Assembly: GCA_964425835.1 (NCBI GenBank)
Contig: CAYROI010000001.1
Coordinates: 30,880-89,571 of the forward strand
Reading direction: 5' to 3'
Length of the DNA stretch: 58,692 nucleotides
From: an uncultured Methylococcaceae bacterium
GTDB lineage: Bacteria > Pseudomonadota > Gammaproteobacteria > Methylococcales > Methylomonadaceae
This document shows positions 55,910 through 58,692 of this stretch, piece by piece. The notes beneath the pieces are model-generated. The model saw only the letters and a list, made by a program, of their open reading frames with translations, did no database searches and had not been told where the DNA came from. Numbering within the stretch: the first letter of the stretch is position 1; each line of letters begins with the position of its first letter. The position numbers and the translations under genes are program-made.

Positions 55910-58453
55910 CTAGCTCAATTTTTTAGCGTAAAGTTGAAAAGTTTTTTTAATTGCCGCAATCGGTTCATCTGCGTCTTCAATAGTAATCGCATTCGGCTGG
56001 AGTGGTAATATTTCTTGAATATTAGGTGTTGAAACCGCAATAATTTGAAAACCCTGTTGTAGAGCCAAACTCAAATCAATTGGTATAAAATCTAAACGAT
56101 TCGGTAAAATAAAAACATGACTACAAAGGTTTTTTAATTCATAAATTTTTTCAATTGCTAAAGAAATAAAAATAATTCTTTGACTGCTTTCTAATTCTTG
56201 TTTAAAAACTGAATCACCTATAACAATTAATTTTAAAGGAATATTATTTATTTCCCAATCATCAATAATCTGTCGTAATATATCAACTTGTTTATTATTA
56301 ATTTGATTAAAAATGGCAATAAACGGTAAATAATTTTGTTTATAATTTTTAAAATAAAAATAATTCATTAAAGCAACTTGTTTACAATTAGGATAAGTAT
56401 TATATTCACATTTTGAATAAGCACTAAATACATTAATCTCTTTAATATAATGCCGCCATGCTATAGTTAATTTATTCGTTTTTAAAAAACAATCGTAAGG
56501 ATAAACTTTAATTGGTATTTTTAATTGAGAAATTACTTTATTTAAACTGTCTGGAAAATAAGCACTATGATGAACCTGTATTTGTTTTAATTTGAATTTC
56601 TTTAAATCATTAATTAATGATTTAGACTCTGTTAGACAACTATAAGTTAAATTAGAAGGCGCTTGGGTCACAGAATATAATTGAAAACAGGTTTCAAAAC
56701 TTTTATAAGTAATTGTTAGTACCCAAACTAATTTACCCTCAAAAACTTCTGATTTTAACTGTTCTTTAAATAAAGGATGATTAGCAATATAATAGTCAAA
56801 AACATGAAGCGCATCACAACTTTTAGGTTTTAAAGTGGCACTTTCTATCTTTTTCCGTGCTTTTTTTAAAGGATCATCGGCAATAAAACGATAAATTGAT
56901 TCTGAGTAGTGTGGATACTTTTGTTTAATTCGTTCGTTATTTAGATAAACTAACCGCGCACGTTCTTGTTTAAAAGACTGCCCGCCTTCATGTCCAACAT
57001 AAACATTCGTCGCACAAACATGTTTCCAGCCTTTTTCACTGGCACGTAAACAAAATTCACTTTCTTCACTATATCCCCGCAACAAATCAGTTTGATTGAA
57101 ATAGCCCACTTGATTTAAACATTCACGTTTAATAAAAAAACAAAAGCCATTGCCTGTGGGGACTTCTATTTTTTCTTTTTTATTAACATCAGCTGCAATG
57201 CGATCAAGCTTTTTTATCTCTTTGACAGGTGGTAAATCATTCCCTTTAAAAGGGCTTGGATAACTAAATTTTTCGGCATAATTTGAAAGCGGGGTCACTG
57301 TGGCAATTTGTTTATCGGAATAAGCCAAAGCTTGAAGACGATCTAACCAATTATTAACCACGATCGTATCTGAGTTTAATAATACGACATCACGCCAAGG
57401 ATGCTGCTGCATTCCTATATTCACCGAAGCAATAAACCCCCTATTATAAGTATTATTAATAATGCTAAATTTAGAAGATTGTTCAAACTGTTGAAGATAA
57501 AGACTAATCTCCTTAGAAGATGAGCAATCATTAACAATAACAATATGCCCCTTAGATTTAAAATTATTCGCCATTGAAATGGCTTTTAAACACCGTTTTA
57601 AAATACTAAAATCATCAAAAACGGGAATGATAATGTCAATTAATAAATCTTGAGGTTGTGTTTTTAAGGGTTTGTTTTTATTAAATAAATAAGGAATAGC
57701 CAGTTTTTCATGCTCAGAATAAGTTACAACAGGACTACCAAAAAGTCGTATTCGTAAGCTTTTGCTAACCACATCTACCTGGTCGGCATAATCTTTAATC
57801 TTAAAACTAAAGCCATTGAAACCATGACCTATCCCCCTTTTTTTTAATTGCGGCGTTGCTTGATTAGCAATGATTTCAGCCTTATTTTTAGGCGAGAAAA
57901 TAAGAATGGAAAGGCTTTGCTCAATATTATTTGGATCAACTAACCAGCCTTTGATTTGTTCGTTTTCCAACCAAATAGCCCCTATTTCACGTTCTGTTTC
58001 TAATAAAATAGAATAACAAGAAGATAAGGTTTCTAATTGATTAAATTCAATTAATGATAGTAATAACCCTGCCCTTTGTTGTAAAACCTTGGATTGCTTT
58101 AAGTCGAGTCTTTTAGCACATTGAACATAGTGACTTAAAAGCGAAATTGAAAGAGGGAATTGTTGTGAACCTTGATGAAAAGTTGCCAAGGCAGATTCTG
58201 GACAATGATTTTTTTGTTGTACTTGTCCAAGTTGCAGATACAAAATTTCTGTTTTTGGTGCTTTTTTTAATGCCGTTTGTAAAATCAATGTAGCCAAATC
58301 AAGCTGATTGGTTTTTATATAAATTAACGCTTGGTAAATTTGCCAATCAACTTTCTCAGGGCTGGAGGAAATACCTAAGTTTGTTAGTGTTTTGGCTTTT
58401 GAAAAATGCCAATGGTTAAGTGCGCAATCAATTTCTTTAAGGAGTTTACGCAT
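55910..58453 (-). CDS. Multidomain glycosyltransferase: TPR-like N-terminus, GW..DP module, GT2 domain, uncharacterised C-terminal half
   Basis: 847 aa. The GT2 block is IDIIIPVFDDFSILKRCLKAI...IVIVNDCSS...LLNSDTIV. The upstream module is EQIKGWLVDPNN. The start lies 3 nt upstream of... the stop lies 3 nt before the start of 53573-55906, on the same strand. Confidence 0.8.
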   Translation of the reverse strand: MRKLLKEIDCALNHWHFSKAKTLTNLGISSSPEKVDWQIYQALIYIKTNQLDLATLILQTALKKAPKTEILYLQLGQVQQKNHCPESALATFHQGSQQFPLSISLLSHYVQCAKRLDLKQSKVLQQRAGLLLSLIEFNQLETLSSCYSILLETEREIGAIWLENEQIKGWLVDPNNIEQSLSILIFSPKNKAEIIANQATPQLKKRGIGHGFNGFSFKIKDYADQVDVVSKSLRIRLFGSPVVTYSEHEKLAIPYLFNKNKPLKTQPQDLLIDIIIPVFDDFSILKRCLKAISMANNFKSKGHIVIVNDCSSSKEISLYLQQFEQSSKFSIINNTYNRGFIASVNIGMQQHPWRDVVLLNSDTIVVNNWLDRLQALAYSDKQIATVTPLSNYAEKFSYPSPFKGNDLPPVKEIKKLDRIAADVNKKEKIEVPTGNGFCFFIKRECLNQVGYFNQTDLLRGYSEESEFCLRASEKGWKHVCATNVYVGHEGGQSFKQERARLVYLNNERIKQKYPHYSESIYRFIADDPLKKARKKIESATLKPKSCDALHVFDYYIANHPLFKEQLKSEVFEGKLVWVLTITYKSFETCFQLYSVTQAPSNLTYSCLTESKSLINDLKKFKLKQIQVHHSAYFPDSLNKVISQLKIPIKVYPYDCFLKTNKLTIAWRHYIKEINVFSAYSKCEYNTYPNCKQVALMNYFYFKNYKQNYLPFIAIFNQINNKQVDILRQIIDDWEINNIPLKLIVIGDSVFKQELESSQRIIFISLAIEKIYELKNLCSHVFILPNRLDFIPIDLSLALQQGFQIIAVSTPNIQEILPLQPNAITIEDADEPIAAIKKTFQLYAKKLS

Positions 58454-58487
58454 AAAGTAAGTTGAGTAAAGTTATATAATTTTGAGT

Positions 58488-58523
58488 AAAAAAAAGCAGG
58501 ACAAATGCCCTGCTTTCTTTTTT
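58488..58523 (-). terminator. Bidirectional-type intrinsic terminator after the truncated gene at the window end
   Basis: An A8 run, then GCAGG (58496-58500), loop ACAAATGC, CCTGC (58509-58513), then TTTCTTTTTT. Read on the reverse strand, the stem is followed by T8. Confidence 0.7.
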
Positions 58524-58554
58524 AAGCGTAGTTATCTTAAATTTAAAGACACCT

Positions 58555-58692
58555 TAGCCAATTGATGAATCATCAACACCGACAATGTGAATGTACGTCG
58601 ATAAGGTGTTAGTGACTTCTTCAGAGGTGACAAAATGAGACATCACTTGAGATTTGGTGGTTGCACCTGAATCTAAAGAGTCCGTCCAGAAT
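58555..58692 (-). CDS. 3' fragment of a gene whose C-terminus resembles a DUF4214-type repeat (truncated by the window end)
   Basis: Reverse-strand frame: ...FWTDSLDSGATTKSQVMSHFVTSEEVTNTLSTYIHIVGVDDSSIG, stop at 58555-58557. The W..L.SG...SQV...F..SEE pattern is as remembered for DUF4214. Coordinates are accurate to plus or minus 1. Confidence 0.4.

Noticed and set aside
57833-57845. C5T8 (A8G5 on the coding strand) homopolymer inside the 847-aa glycosyltransferase, and T8 at 54353-54360 in the second one, as possible phase-variation tracts
   Set aside because: Runs of 8-9 A/T also occur in ordinary genes in this AT-rich window, for example A9 at 43282-43290 and T9 at 50879-50887. The tracts are not distinctive. 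Population or read-level length variation would be needed to support phase variation.

Overview
This is a densely coding, AT-rich bacterial chromosomal segment with gammaproteobacterial gene content and order. DsrC/DsrH-type sulfur-relay genes, two rhodaneses and tandem Uma2 nucleases hint at a sulfur-oxidising, Thiotrichales-like organism, but that is inference only. Most of the window is housekeeping. It holds gatC-gatA, a complete rod-shape/elongasome cluster (mreB-mreC-mreD-mrdA-rodA-mltB-rlpA), glmU, acylphosphatase, rlmL, waaC, prlC, miaA, mutL, hflD, copZ-copA, RNase P RNA (rnpB), sixA, hslR, leuA and pssA. Signalling genes are a large hybrid histidine kinase and a GGDEF-EAL protein. 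I found no rRNA, tRNA, CRISPR array, transposase, integrase or phage genes. The least ordinary parts are listed below in rough order of interest.
1. Near the window centre, a sensor-like membrane protein with no output domain is paired with a monoheme polytopic membrane protein (27019-28976). The pair sits directly after mutL-miaA, where hfq lies in E. coli.
2. A tightly coupled minus-strand operon joins a membrane protein, an ABC ATPase, an unusual permease, sugE/gdx and orphan tusB/dsrH plus a two-cysteine dsrC/tusE (43869-47795).
3. A SCO1-like domain is fused to a di-heme cytochrome c peroxidase (51727-53544).
4. An unannotated 50-codon hydrophobic ORF with tandem terminators lies divergent from a LysR gene (15599-16127).
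5. mreC can only keep its conserved N-terminus if it starts at ATA 4550.
6. A very AT-rich PD-(D/E)xK-like orphan gene abuts rnpB (39578-40312).
7. An MBOAT plus SGNH-like pair lies beside the peptidoglycan genes (11232-13692).
8. Two giant multidomain glycosyltransferases end the window (53573-58453).
All family assignments come from reading the translations and remembered motifs. No database search was run.
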